Positions 1 through 9,703 are shown, counted from the stretch's first letter. The stretch: 64,000 nt of DNA from an uncultured delta proteobacterium (GCA_963696385.1 CAVOKF010000007.1:608001-672000); one strand, 5' to 3'. Numbers and translations: made by a program. Notes: generated by a model from the sequence alone, not told the origin.

Positions 1-771
1 TCCGAAAATGCGGGGGCGAGACCTGCGAGCGCGTCCGTCGTCCCATCGCCGATTCCCCCGCGCAGCGCGCCGGCCCCTGCGCCGACGGCCACCGGATCCG
101 CACCGAATGTTGCGGTTGCGCCGACTAGCCCTGCCCCCGTGCCGACGGTCCCCGCCTTCGCCCCGCCCGCACCCACCTCCGCTCAGAACGAGTCCGCCCC
201 CCCTCAAGGGGCCCGACCCCAGCGACCCCCGCTCACGCCATCGTCGCGACGGGCTGTCCGCTTTTCGTCCGGCGTCTTCGCTGTGCTCGATACGGGCGCA
301 CTGCCGACCCTGGCTCCGGGAGTCGCTGGGAGGCTGGCCGCGATGGCGACTGCGTTTCCCCAGTTGCGCCTGGAGCTCGACGCGGCTCTCTTTCACAGCG
401 AGACGACATCCAGTCCGCCCGCGCGAAGCGGAGCGTTCGCCCTTCGCACGTTCGACGCGAGCGGATGCATCGTGACGCGAGCCGCAGGTTTCGAAATCGG
501 TCCCTGCGTGAGCATCGAAGTCGCGTGGTTGAGCGGGAAGGGCTTGTACGAAAGCCAGGGGTCTGCCGGCGATGCCGAATGGTTGGTGCTTCGGGCCCGA
601 GCCACGATGGCCTATCCTTGGTCTTCGGTATGGTCGATTCGCGCCGACGCGGGCGGGGGTCTTGAATTGAGCCGCCCGGAATTCGTGTCGGAAGGCGCCC
701 CAGGAGGCCTCGTCTACCAACCGGATCGATGGACGGGGCGAGTCGCACTGGGGATCGAGCTGCACTTTTAG
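1..771 (+). CDS. Hypothetical protein, 5'-partial; Pro-rich linker followed by a probable beta-stranded outer-membrane domain
   Basis: Frame is open from base 1 (SENAGARPAS...) into ORF 139..771; ends GRVALGIELHF with the terminal aromatic residue typical of OM beta-barrels. Confidence 0.55.
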   Translation, partial: SENAGARPASASVVPSPIPPRSAPAPAPTATGSAPNVAVAPTSPAPVPTVPAFAPPAPTSAQNESAPPQGARPQRPPLTPSSRRAVRFSSGVFAVLDTGALPTLAPGVAGRLAAMATAFPQLRLELDAALFHSETTSSPPARSGAFALRTFDASGCIVTRAAGFEIGPCVSIEVAWLSGKGLYESQGSAGDAEWLVLRARATMAYPWSSVWSIRADAGGGLELSRPEFVSEGAPGGLVYQPDRWTGRVALGIELHF

Positions 772-1306
772 CCACGAAGCCAAGCGCGGCCGGCCACTCA
801 CGGGCAGTGTGCCCATCACACGACCTGGATCGGTCGCTGCGCCGCAAACCGGCCCATCTGGGGGGAGGCGGTCGTATATGCTACTCGAAATTCCGCGCCG
901 AGCCCGCACGAGACGCTCGCCGCCGGTGAAGCGTGCGGACGCTTCGTGGCGTGCTCGACGCCATGGCCAAGGTGGGACGCGGCAGCCTTCCGCATGCGGC
1001 TTGCCGCCGACCGAGTTGACAGCGAGTCGACTGTATGCTTGCGGCGGCACCGAGAGCCCTGGGACCGCCGGGGCCCGGGCCTAGCCCGACCGTGGGCGCC
1101 ACGAGCGCCTCACGGCGACGGGCCCCACCGCACCGCGCGAGGGTCGTTGCCGGCCTGGCCAGGACAGGATTGTCAGGGGTCGCCCCGGCCACCCGCTGAG
1201 GATGGCCCCGCGTTAGTGGCCGTCCGGTCGATCTGCCGCCACAATGCTCGCGCGCGGCACGCTCCGTGTAACCACAGGGGCGTTCCCCCTTCGAACCTTT
1301 GCTTCG

Positions 1307-2236
1307 ATGACCCCCCGCTCCTTCTTCTTTGTCGCCTTTTGCATCGTATCGCCGTCGGCCACCCTCGGTGTCGCATGCGCGGTCGTGCCGAGCTCGTCCA
1401 ATGGCGCTGCGGGGGCCGGGACCACGGTTTACCATTCGTCATCCGACGCCGCGGAGGATGCGGGGACGGCTCCCCTGGTCTTGGCGGATGCGAGCATGAT
1501 CCCCTCCAATCCGGTTCAAGGAAACCCTCTCTGCAACGCCTCGCCCGCCGGGGGCATCAGCAGCTGCTTCCCGGACGACCCCTCCTCCGCCGAGGCGTGC
1601 CGAATTGCGCTCGACGGCGGCGTCTACAATCCGACGGCGGACTACGAAGGTGGGGTTCTTGGCTGCCACGTCGTCGCCGAAGCGGGCATGCTCTCCGCAC
1701 CCACCGCAGCCTGCCTGCCTTCCGGACCGGGCACAGACGGCATACCCTGCCACGTGTCCACCGATTGCGCCGCGACGCTCGAGTGTGTGGGGACCGGTTC
1801 GTGTCGCCGCTACTGCTGCTCGGACCCCTGCGATCCGTCCCACTTTTGTGACATTCAGCCGGAGACCCAAGACCCGGCGCTCACGGTACCGGTATGCATG
1901 CCCATCCAGCCGTGCGGCCTCTTCGAGAGCGTCGACGCTGCGGGGTCGTGTGGGGCGAACGCGACGTGCGCCGCGATTGTGGCCACCAACGGCACTCCGC
2001 TCACTACATGCGTCGAGATCGGCCTGGCTCAGGCGGGAGACAGCTGCGACTCGCAGCACTGCGCGGAAAATCTCGTGTGCACCGGCAACTGGGGCGAGAG
2101 GCTGTGCCGCAAGCTCTGCCACACCGAAGCCGACGCGGGCGATTGCGCACCCTCCGAGACGTGCATGGGCGGACTGCCGTTCTTTCTGGGTTCGGCGGTC
2201 GGCCTTTGCGAGAGTACCGTCGGCCCCGACCTTTGA
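1307..2236 (+). CDS. Cys-rich secreted/lipoprotein (myxobacterial disulfide-rich type)
   Basis: ATG 1307 MTPRSFFFVAFC..LGVAC signal/lipobox; many Cys in CxxxxxC/CC patterns. Confidence 0.7.
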   Translation: MTPRSFFFVAFCIVSPSATLGVACAVVPSSSNGAAGAGTTVYHSSSDAAEDAGTAPLVLADASMIPSNPVQGNPLCNASPAGGISSCFPDDPSSAEACRIALDGGVYNPTADYEGGVLGCHVVAEAGMLSAPTAACLPSGPGTDGIPCHVSTDCAATLECVGTGSCRRYCCSDPCDPSHFCDIQPETQDPALTVPVCMPIQPCGLFESVDAAGSCGANATCAAIVATNGTPLTTCVEIGLAQAGDSCDSQHCAENLVCTGNWGERLCRKLCHTEADAGDCAPSETCMGGLPFFLGSAVGLCESTVGPDL

Positions 2237-2298
2237 GGGCGAACCCGCTCGCCACGAAATCCGGTCCGGCGCCGAGAAACGACAGCGTCCCATCCGCG

Positions 2299-3651
2299 TC
2301 AGCGACTCCTCAGGAACGGAGGCGAAGGGGCGGTGGGCGTACGGGCCGGCAGCGGGGGCTGCGAGGGCGTACTCGGCGCGGATGGGGGCGGATCGGGCTC
2401 CCGGCGGGTCGAGCGTGGCCCCCCCCCGTCGTTGCGGGAAATGACTTGTGCGGCGAGAAGCGTCTGAACCACACGCATCACGTCGTTCGAACCCGCAGCG
2501 GCAGCTCCGGTGCCGTCCGCGCCGGTCGTACCGAAGTTGACGAACTGCCCGTTGGACAAGGCCACCGCGACCTCGCGCGTCAACGCGGGGGCAAGCTCGA
2601 GGCGACGCAAGTCCATGTACGCTTCGCCGGCCTCGATGAGCGCCTGGGCCTTCATCCGAATGGCGTCGGCTTCGGCCTCTGCGATCGCGCGGATGCGAGC
2701 GGCCTGCGCGCGTCCCTCGGCTTCCTGCTGGATCACGTTCTGTTCCGCGTCCGCGCGGGCCTGGGTAATTTGAGAGGCGCCAAGCTCCGCCTCCCGCTGC
2801 TTGCGCACCATCGCCTGCTTGATCGCCTCGGCGTTTGCGACTTCCGCTCCGTTGGACGCGATTTGCATGTTGAGCGCACGCTCTTGGTCATTGATTTTTT
2901 GGGCAGCCTCGAGCTGCGCCACCCTCGCACGTCGCTCTTCCTGAGCTTGCACCACGTCGGCGTCCGCCTTGGCCCGGGCGGCCGACTCGCGGCGCCGCGC
3001 TTCGGCCACTTCGCTCAAGACGGCCTTGATATTGAGGCTGTTGAAAGATAGCCCCAGATCGAGCAGCTCGCGCGAGCACGCGTCTTTGATGATCACGGCG
3101 AGCTCGTCGTCCTCGCTGCGCTTGGCCAACGCCAGGCCCTCGCTGCTCGCCGTCGCGACGGCGATTGCGGTGCTCGCGACCGGCGTCGGTCGCGCGTTGA
3201 ACAGCTGATCGTGGCGGAGCAAGTTGATGGCGCGACGGCCGGCGGAAGACAAGACGTCGGTCAGGGTCGAAAGCTGCTCCGACGGGGGCTTCGAAAAGAA
3301 CTTGTTGGCGGCGGTGTTCACCATCGCCTCGTCTTCGCCGACGCTCACGATCGCCGACGCGCGAACCGTGACCTTGACGGGAGACGGGCGAGCGTTGGCG
3401 TCCACGTCGGCCGTTTGGTCGGTGATTTCGATGTCGACGTTGATCGCTTGCGCCGGAATCCTGCGAACCTGAGTGATGACCGGAATGATCAGGGCCTTGC
3501 ACGGACCGCGATAGATATGCAGGTTGCGGCCCCGGCTCGCGAGAAAGATCTCTCCTGCTTCGACGCTCCGGAGAAATGTCGTCACGATGAACGACGTGAG
3601 CACCAGGACGGCGACGGCGGAAAGGGCAGCGACGATCAGAGAAAGCTCCAC
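2299..3651 (-). CDS. SPFH/band 7 (flotillin-like) membrane protein
   Basis: N-terminal TM helix, SPFH-like domain, AEA-rich coiled coil (AEAEADAIRMKAQAL); GTG start with GGAGG SD. Confidence 0.8.
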   Translation of the reverse strand: MELSLIVAALSAVAVLVLTSFIVTTFLRSVEAGEIFLASRGRNLHIYRGPCKALIIPVITQVRRIPAQAINVDIEITDQTADVDANARPSPVKVTVRASAIVSVGEDEAMVNTAANKFFSKPPSEQLSTLTDVLSSAGRRAINLLRHDQLFNARPTPVASTAIAVATASSEGLALAKRSEDDELAVIIKDACSRELLDLGLSFNSLNIKAVLSEVAEARRRESAARAKADADVVQAQEERRARVAQLEAAQKINDQERALNMQIASNGAEVANAEAIKQAMVRKQREAELGASQITQARADAEQNVIQQEAEGRAQAARIRAIAEAEADAIRMKAQALIEAGEAYMDLRRLELAPALTREVAVALSNGQFVNFGTTGADGTGAAAAGSNDVMRVVQTLLAAQVISRNDGGGPRSTRREPDPPPSAPSTPSQPPLPARTPTAPSPPFLRSR

Positions 3652-3732
3652 GGGATGCCTCCTTCAAGGACATGGGACGGAAAAACGGCAGCGCTGGCGA
3701 AAGTTCGGGCGAAGGGGCTTAGCCCCGTGACG

Positions 3733-4407
3733 TCATGAGACGCGACGCTCAGAAAGCGAGACGGTGAGACGCTCGCGATCGGCATCGACGTCCTCGATGC
3801 GCAAGCGGTCCCCGACGCGAACGGGCAAGTCACTCTGCGGATTGACGAGGTGCGCGGAAAACTGAACGAGGCGGCCGTCGCGAACGACAGCGACCACCCC
3901 GCGTCCGTTGCGAAAGGGCGTGACGGCACTGGCTTCTTCAAGCACCAGGGCGGACAAGGGGGAGCTCGGCGCCGACTGAAACCGGAGCGCGAAGTTCCAG
4001 AGCGGCGTGACCGCCAAACGCTCGACCGCCAAGGCAGGGACAAGCGCCAGGAGCGCAGCGGCGAGCGGATGAATGTGCTCAACGTGCGCAAGCACATTGC
4101 CGGACGCCCCGTAAAGAGCGAGCAGGCTAAAGACGACCCTCGGGGAAGGCAGAAGCCGCCACCACCGAGACCGGGGGGCGGCACGATCGGCCCCCCGACC
4201 ACGTTCCAACGCGAAGGGGTCCGTCCCCGCTTTGGAAGGCACTTGCAGTTTGCCGATGGACGCCGCGTGGCTCCGAACCGATCCGCCCATGTGATGCGCG
4301 TGCCCGCCCGCGGAATGACCGTGCTTGCCGCCGCCCAGCGCGGGCAGCGCCATGACCGCAAGGCCTGCCAATCCAATGACCATCAACACGAGAAACATCG
4401 AGATCAT
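3733..4407 (-). CDS. NfeD-like/YuaF-type membrane protein with C-terminal OB fold
   Basis: Three hydrophobic segments plus C-terminal VRVGDRLRIEDVD OB-like motif; immediately upstream of the SPFH gene. Confidence 0.65.
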   Translation of the reverse strand: MISMFLVLMVIGLAGLAVMALPALGGGKHGHSAGGHAHHMGGSVRSHAASIGKLQVPSKAGTDPFALERGRGADRAAPRSRWWRLLPSPRVVFSLLALYGASGNVLAHVEHIHPLAAALLALVPALAVERLAVTPLWNFALRFQSAPSSPLSALVLEEASAVTPFRNGRGVVAVVRDGRLVQFSAHLVNPQSDLPVRVGDRLRIEDVDADRERLTVSLSERRVS

Positions 4408-4584
4408 TCAGCCTAAGTCCTCGGCAGGCCGAGGGCGACCCCGAAGGCTCCGCGCCGAGCCTTCCGGCCCCCGGCCCGGGGGGGGTTCGCTGGGAAAGTC
4501 GCCCAGGCGCCAAGATGCGCAACGGTAGCGCCCTCTGCCGCATCCGAGCCAGTCGACCCACCGGTCGCCGACAGGAGAATCCCC

Positions 4585-5025
4585 ATGCAGACCGCGGACT
4601 ACGCCCAGAACGTCGCTACCTCGGGCGAGGCCGCGCCGTCGCGCCCCACGCCGTCCCCGAAAAAGTCCGTGCTTTGGACCGGGCGAGTCTTGAGCGCGCT
4701 GCCCGCGCTCATGATGGTCCTGAGTGCCGCGATGAAGATCTCTCACGCTCCGCAATTCGTGACCGTGTGGACCGGCAAGCTCGGCTACGCCGAAAGTCAA
4801 CTTCTGCCCATTGGCCTGCTGGAGTTGACGTGCGTGGCCTTCTTCGTCTTTCCCCGCACGGCAGTGCTCGGAGCCATCCTGCTGACCGGCTATCTCGGTG
4901 GGGCCGTGGCGACGCACGTCCGAGTCGGGGACATGTTCCTGATTCCGGTCGTTCTGGGCGTGCTCGCGTGGACGGGAGTCTACCTCCGCGACGAACGGCT
5001 CCGCGCTCTCATCCCGCTTCGGTGA
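4585..5025 (+). CDS. DoxX family membrane protein
   Basis: PRTAVLGAILLTGYLGGAVATHVR motif, about 4 TM segments; AGGAG SD. Confidence 0.85.
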   Translation: MQTADYAQNVATSGEAAPSRPTPSPKKSVLWTGRVLSALPALMMVLSAAMKISHAPQFVTVWTGKLGYAESQLLPIGLLELTCVAFFVFPRTAVLGAILLTGYLGGAVATHVRVGDMFLIPVVLGVLAWTGVYLRDERLRALIPLR

Positions 5026-5064
5026 CGTCTGAATCGACGGCGCGGGGTTCGCCCGCGCGCCGAA

Positions 5065-5607
5065 TCAGCGTCCGGAACGGGCAGGAGCGTCTTCGATCCG
5101 AACGTCGACCATCAAGTCCTTTGCGGTCCGTTCGAGCTCCGCGCGCAGGGCTGCGCGATCGGTCGATGCGGGGACGTGTACGTGAGCTCGGGCTTCGAAC
5201 AACATCTCGCCCGACATGGGGGCGCTCCGCCGATCGGTCGAAAGCTCCTCGACGTTGACGGCGGCGGCGGCGAGGAGCTGGGCAATCTCGCGCACGATCC
5301 CAGGCCGATCGACGCCCAACACGTCGAGCACCATGCCCACTTGCCCGGCGGTCACCTGCCGGTCCACTCGGTGTTCGGTCTCCGCAAGGACCTTGAGCCC
5401 GCCCGTTTCGAGGCCCGCGAGCGCGCGGAGCGCGGCGGGGACGTGTTCCGCAGGGAGTTCCGCACGGAGAATCCCGGCGAATTTCCCACCGAGCCGGATC
5501 ATCCGGCTCTCGAGCCAGTTGCCGCTATGCGACGCGACGATGGCGGCCACGGATCCGACGAGGCCCGGGCGATCCGGCCCAATGAGGGTCATCACGAGGT
5601 CGGTCAT
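5065..5607 (-). CDS. GcvR-like tandem ACT domain protein
   Basis: Two ACT motifs: GPDRPGLV...GNWLESRM and GVDRPGIVREI...NVEEL. Confidence 0.85.
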   Translation of the reverse strand: MTDLVMTLIGPDRPGLVGSVAAIVASHSGNWLESRMIRLGGKFAGILRAELPAEHVPAALRALAGLETGGLKVLAETEHRVDRQVTAGQVGMVLDVLGVDRPGIVREIAQLLAAAAVNVEELSTDRRSAPMSGEMLFEARAHVHVPASTDRAALRAELERTAKDLMVDVRIEDAPARSGR

Positions 5608-5651
5608 GCAAAGCCTTGTACCAGGGCGGAGACATGAGGCGAGCGGGGATC

Positions 5652-5671
5652 TCGGGGTCGGGGTCGGGGTC
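5652..5671. repeat. Short (GGGGTC)3 tandem repeat
   Basis: tcggggtcggggtcggggtc just downstream of the Anbu stop. Confidence 0.8.
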
Positions 5672-5678
5672 GAGGGGG

Positions 5679-6504
5679 TCAGACTAGCTTTTCGTGGGGA
5701 CTTCCGATTTTGTGCAGGACTTCGTAGCGATCGGACCGGACCCGCAGTGGGAACCTTGCGACGGAAGCCTCCCAGTCGGGATCGTCGATGCTCGCGAAGG
5801 CCTCGTTCAAGCGCCGGCCCCAGGAGTCTCGGATCATCGAAAAATACGGATTGGCTTCATCAATGCAAACGATGTCGTCGCAGCGCAGCGCGTCCGCTTG
5901 ATAGACGACCAGGTCGATGGGCAACCCGACGGAGAGATTGGACTTGAGGGTCGAGTCGATCGACACGAGGGCGCACTTGGCAGCCACGGGCAGCGGAGTG
6001 CTCGGCACGAGCATGCGATCGAGTATCGGTTTTCCGTACTTGGCCTCGCCGATCTGGAAGTAACAAGTCTCGGAAGTCGCTTCGATGAAGTTGCCGGTCG
6101 AGTAAACGAGGAAGAGCCGCATCGGCTCTCCCCTAATCTGCCCCCCGAAGATGAGCGTGCAGCCCGAATCGATGCCGGCCGCACGCAAAGCGGGACCATC
6201 TTCATCATAGACGCGGCGCACGGCGTGCCCGAGGACGCGGGCCGCATCGAACATGCTCGTCGCGCTCCAAATGGTCGTGGGCTCCGGGCCGTCGGTTCGG
6301 ACCCGTTCGACCTGCAGCATTTCGCGTACCGACTGCGTGACCGAAAGGTTCCCCGAGGAGAGCAGAACCATGAACCGATCCCCAGGTCGCTCGTAGACGA
6401 CCATCTTGCGAAACGTGCTGATTCTGATCGAAGCCGGCGTTGGTGCGAGAGTCGGACGCGAACACCATGCCGGCCGTCACCTTGAGCGAGACGCAATACG
6501 TCAT
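5679..6504 (-). CDS. Proteasome-type Ntn protease (Anbu) with an apparent 1-nt insertion near 6422
   Basis: N-terminus MTYCV...SDSRTNAGFDQ (Thr2 nucleophile) in ORF 6205..6504; removing one A gives DQISTFRKMVV, joining ORF 5679..6404 (SGNLSVTQ, QIGEAKYGKPILDR, SNLSVGLPID). Confidence 0.88.
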
Positions 6505-6707
6505 GACGCTTTCATGACGCTACCGCGCAGCGCCGCGAATCGGCAACAGGTGCGCCTTCCGCACCCCCCCTGCCGCAGGGTGACGCGCGTTGCGACATCC
6601 ATCCGGAACTCGTGGCACTTTGCCTCGGTCCAACGGGCAACGTGACAAATGGGCCGCGCCCAATGAAGTCCGGCGACACAGGCGAGGCTTGTGAAAGCGG
6701 GGGGCGC

Positions 6708-7064
6708 TCAGGGGTCGAGGTCGCTGAATAGGTCGTCGGCGCTCGAGGCTGCCGTAGTCGCGGGGGTATGGGTCGCCGCGGGATCCGAAACCGCGGCGGC
6801 GCCCAGATCGCCGTGGGTCACGCCGATCGCGTGGTCGAGCTCCGCGTCGTGGGCACTTTTCCGCCGGGCTTCGTCGTCGAGCACTTTACCGGCGAGCCCT
6901 CCCGCTACGCTGCCGATCATCATTCCTGCGACCGCGCCGGCCGGACCTGCGGCGCTGCCGATGAGCGCCCCCGCGAGCTCGCCCGCAACAGCGCCGACGT
7001 CCACACCGTGCTCATGAGCGTGGCCTATCGTCGGTCGATTCGTCCTCTGCTTCTTCATGGCCAT
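6708..7064 (-). CDS. Small glycine-zipper protein, paralogue of 12971..13357
   Basis: GAVAGELAGALIGSAAGPAGAVAG..GSVAGGLAG followed by ELDHAIGVTHGDLGA. Confidence 0.65.
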   Translation of the reverse strand: MAMKKQRTNRPTIGHAHEHGVDVGAVAGELAGALIGSAAGPAGAVAGMMIGSVAGGLAGKVLDDEARRKSAHDAELDHAIGVTHGDLGAAAVSDPAATHTPATTAASSADDLFSDLDP

Positions 7065-7210
7065 TGCCCTTATGGAGACGACAAAGCCGTCGGATGACGG
7101 GGCTCGATTGTTCGGGTCTCTGCATTCATCGCAAAAGGCTTCGAGTCGAGTCATGGCAGAGGACTCGGGCGCGCGACCGCCGGACACTCCCGCGGTCGCG
7201 GCCGCGCCGC

Positions 7211-7702
7211 TTACGACCTCTTTGCCGCCGTTTGAATCTCGACCTTCTTGGGCTGAAGGGCGGGGCTCTTTCTCACAGTGACGGTCAGCACGCCTTCCTT
7301 GAGATCCGCGACGACGTTGGCCGCGTCGACGCCGTCCGGAAGCGTGAATGTGCGGCTGAAGTCACCGAACGAGCGCTCGTACGTGTAGAACGTGTCGGTC
7401 TGCTCCTGATGCTCTGCCTCGCGCTTGCCGGCGATCGCGAGTCGGTTGCCCGTGACGGTGACTTGCAGATCGGATTCCTTGACGCCGGGCACATCCGCCT
7501 TGAACACGAAACCGTCCTTGGTCTCTTTGACCTCGAACTGGGGCGCAAAGCCTGCCGGCAAGTGCGGAAGAAGCGGAGACATCTCGATGAAGGGGTCCCA
7601 GTTCAACAGATCCCTCAGCACGCGACCGGGCTCCCACCGCACGGGAGCCGAGCTCGACGTGGGACGATTTCCGTCTTCCCTTCGAATGTTGATGTTGGGC
7701 AT
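7211..7702 (-). CDS. Hsp20/alpha-crystallin small heat-shock protein
   Basis: FKADVPGV, ERSFGDFSRTFTLP, ADLKEGVLTV; ATG 7702 with AAAGGA SD. Confidence 0.93.
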   Translation of the reverse strand: MPNINIRREDGNRPTSSSAPVRWEPGRVLRDLLNWDPFIEMSPLLPHLPAGFAPQFEVKETKDGFVFKADVPGVKESDLQVTVTGNRLAIAGKREAEHQEQTDTFYTYERSFGDFSRTFTLPDGVDAANVVADLKEGVLTVTVRKSPALQPKKVEIQTAAKRS

Positions 7703-7765
7703 GGATCGTTTCCTTTCGCCATAGACACCCGCGCTGTGCGCGACGTGTCCGTTGGTAGAAGGAAA

Positions 7766-7781
7766 TGCACGACCCGGGCCA
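7766..7781 (-). promoter_or_regulatory. Sigma-54 -24/-12 promoter for hsp20
   Basis: TGGCCCG-GGTC-GTGCA on minus strand (GG-N10-GC). Confidence 0.6.
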
Positions 7782-8089
7782 AGCGCGGCCTTGCGCACGA
7801 GGGCGCCGTCTCTTCCTTCATCTGCTTCCTGCTTCTCCCTCCAGGGTCCATCCACGGATTCTTCTTTTCCACCTCGCTCCACGCCTCATCCACGGATCCT
7901 CCACGGAGTTTCTTCATATATTTTTCCCTTCTTTCCTTTCTTGTCTTCCCTGCCCTGCCCCCTGCCCGCCGATTTTCCTCCCCGCGGAAATTGCACCGAA
8001 GAAGATGCCGTCCGCGGCAAAGGATGCGCATCGGACGCGCTGCCAGCGGCGCGATGCTCGTCACGGTCGGGGTGCCGCGCTTGTCCCGT

Positions 8090-8105
8090 GGGCACGATCC
8101 CTGCT
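8090..8105 (+). promoter_or_regulatory. Sigma-54 -24/-12 promoter for the phosphate acyltransferase
   Basis: GGGCACG-ATCC-CTGCT, 13 nt before ATG 8119. Confidence 0.65.
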
Positions 8106-8118
8106 CTCGGCAACGCCG

Positions 8119-9078
8119 ATGTTGCCAGCCCCTGCCCACGCCGGCGCAACGCACCGGGTGTTCGACGACCTGATTGAAGCGTGTCGTCGAGCGGCCGGCC
8201 CCGTACCCATGGCGGTGGTGGCGCCGACGACGGAGTTCGCCATGGGCGGCGTCGTCGTCGCAACCCAAGAGCACCTCATCGAGCCGATTTTCGTCGGAGA
8301 GATCGCCGCCATTCGCAGGGTCGCGCAGACGATGGGGTTTGACCTGACGCCCTACTCGATCGTGGACGCCAGCGACGACTTGGACGCGGCCCGAAAGAGC
8401 GTCGCTCTCTGCCGGTCGGGGCGATCGCATGCCCTGATGAAGGGAAGCTTGCACACCGACACGTTGATGCATGCGGTCCTCGAACACGACAGCGGCCTTC
8501 AAACGTCCAGACGCGTCAGCCACGTCTTCGTTCTCGACGCTCCGGCCTATCCGCGACCGCTCATCATCACCGACGCGGGGATCAACATTTATCCGACGCT
8601 CGAGGACAAGGTGCACATCGTTGCCAATGCGATCGACCTCGCGCACGCCATCGGAATCGAGATGCCCAACGTGGCGATCTTATCGGCCGTCGAAACCGTG
8701 AACCCGAAAATCATATCGACGATCGACGCGGCGGCGCTCTGCAAAATGGCGGACCGAAAGCAAATCACCGGCGCGGTGCTCGATGGGCCGCTTGCGTTCG
8801 ACACGGCCGTGAGCGCGCAGGCCGCGAGCGTCAAGGGGCTCACTTCCCGCGTCGCGGGGGTGGCCGATATCCTGGTCGTGCCCGACCTCGAATCCGGCAA
8901 CATGCTTGCCAAACAACTCGAGTATCTGGGGGGAGCCGAGCTCGCGGGGATCGTCGTCGGTGCGCGCGTGCCCATCGTCCTTACAAGCCGCGCCGATGCG
9001 TCGCGGGCGCGACTGGCGTCGTGCGCGGTCGCCGCAGCCTGGGTTCGCGCCGGTCAAAGCTCCCGGCTCCCGGCATAG
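8119..9078 (+). CDS. Phosphate acetyl/butyryltransferase (PTA_PTB family)
   Basis: LMKGSLHTD, TDAGINIYP, LSAVETVN, DGPLAFD, PDLESGNMLAK, PIVLTSRAD. Confidence 0.9.
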   Translation: MLPAPAHAGATHRVFDDLIEACRRAAGPVPMAVVAPTTEFAMGGVVVATQEHLIEPIFVGEIAAIRRVAQTMGFDLTPYSIVDASDDLDAARKSVALCRSGRSHALMKGSLHTDTLMHAVLEHDSGLQTSRRVSHVFVLDAPAYPRPLIITDAGINIYPTLEDKVHIVANAIDLAHAIGIEMPNVAILSAVETVNPKIISTIDAAALCKMADRKQITGAVLDGPLAFDTAVSAQAASVKGLTSRVAGVADILVVPDLESGNMLAKQLEYLGGAELAGIVVGARVPIVLTSRADASRARLASCAVAAAWVRAGQSSRLPA

Positions 9079-9152
<74 letters not shown>

Positions 9153-9162
9153 ACCCCCGGGG

Positions 9163-9675
9163 TCAGGATCTCGGCTTTTCTGCGGTGGACAGCTCGCGGC
9201 GGATCTCTTCCAGGGTGTCCTCGAAGAAGCGGTGCACCGCCGCTTGCGCGACACGATGGCCCACCGCCCGGTCCAGGGCAGTTCCGATCGGCCCGAACGG
9301 CGGCCGATAGTACCCCTCCATCTCGAGCTGCGTTTCCCCCGCGCTCACTTGCCACGCGGACAATTGCGCCTCCATCAAAGGAAACATCGGCGCCCCATGC
9401 GACGCTTCCCAAGCGATCTCGAGAGACAGCGACGGCGGCAGTCCCGCGATCGATTCTTCGTCACGGATTCGACGAATGTGCGTTCGAACGTCGACGGCCA
9501 CTTCGACACCGCCCACGCCGACGCGCAGACTTGCGGCGATCGAACCCGCCCGCGCCGCAGCCGAAGCCGTCGCACGCTGAAATAAGTCCAGCGGAGCACG
9601 CTGCAGCAGGGCACGGACCTGCTCGTAAGGATAGCCAACGTAGCCGTAGCAATGAACCCGTCTCCGATCATCCAT
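9163..9675 (-). CDS. Conserved hypothetical protein, possible SRPBCC/START-like fold
   Basis: FPLMEAQL..ETQLEMEGYYRPPFGPIGTALDRAVGHRVAQAAVHRF; ATG 9675 lies downstream of a sigma-54 motif. Confidence 0.65.
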   Translation of the reverse strand: MDDRRRVHCYGYVGYPYEQVRALLQRAPLDLFQRATASAAARAGSIAASLRVGVGGVEVAVDVRTHIRRIRDEESIAGLPPSLSLEIAWEASHGAPMFPLMEAQLSAWQVSAGETQLEMEGYYRPPFGPIGTALDRAVGHRVAQAAVHRFFEDTLEEIRRELSTAEKPRS

Positions 9676-9687
9676 GACGCCCACCAA

Positions 9688-9703
9688 AGCACGACGGGTG
9701 CCT
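9688..9703 (-). promoter_or_regulatory. Sigma-54 -24/-12 promoter
   Basis: AGGCACC-CGTC-GTGCT on minus strand, 12 nt before ATG 9675. Confidence 0.55.

Noticed and set aside
1019..1034. LexA box
   Set aside because: It reads ACAG-N8-CTGT, the inverse of the enteric box, and no SOS gene follows.
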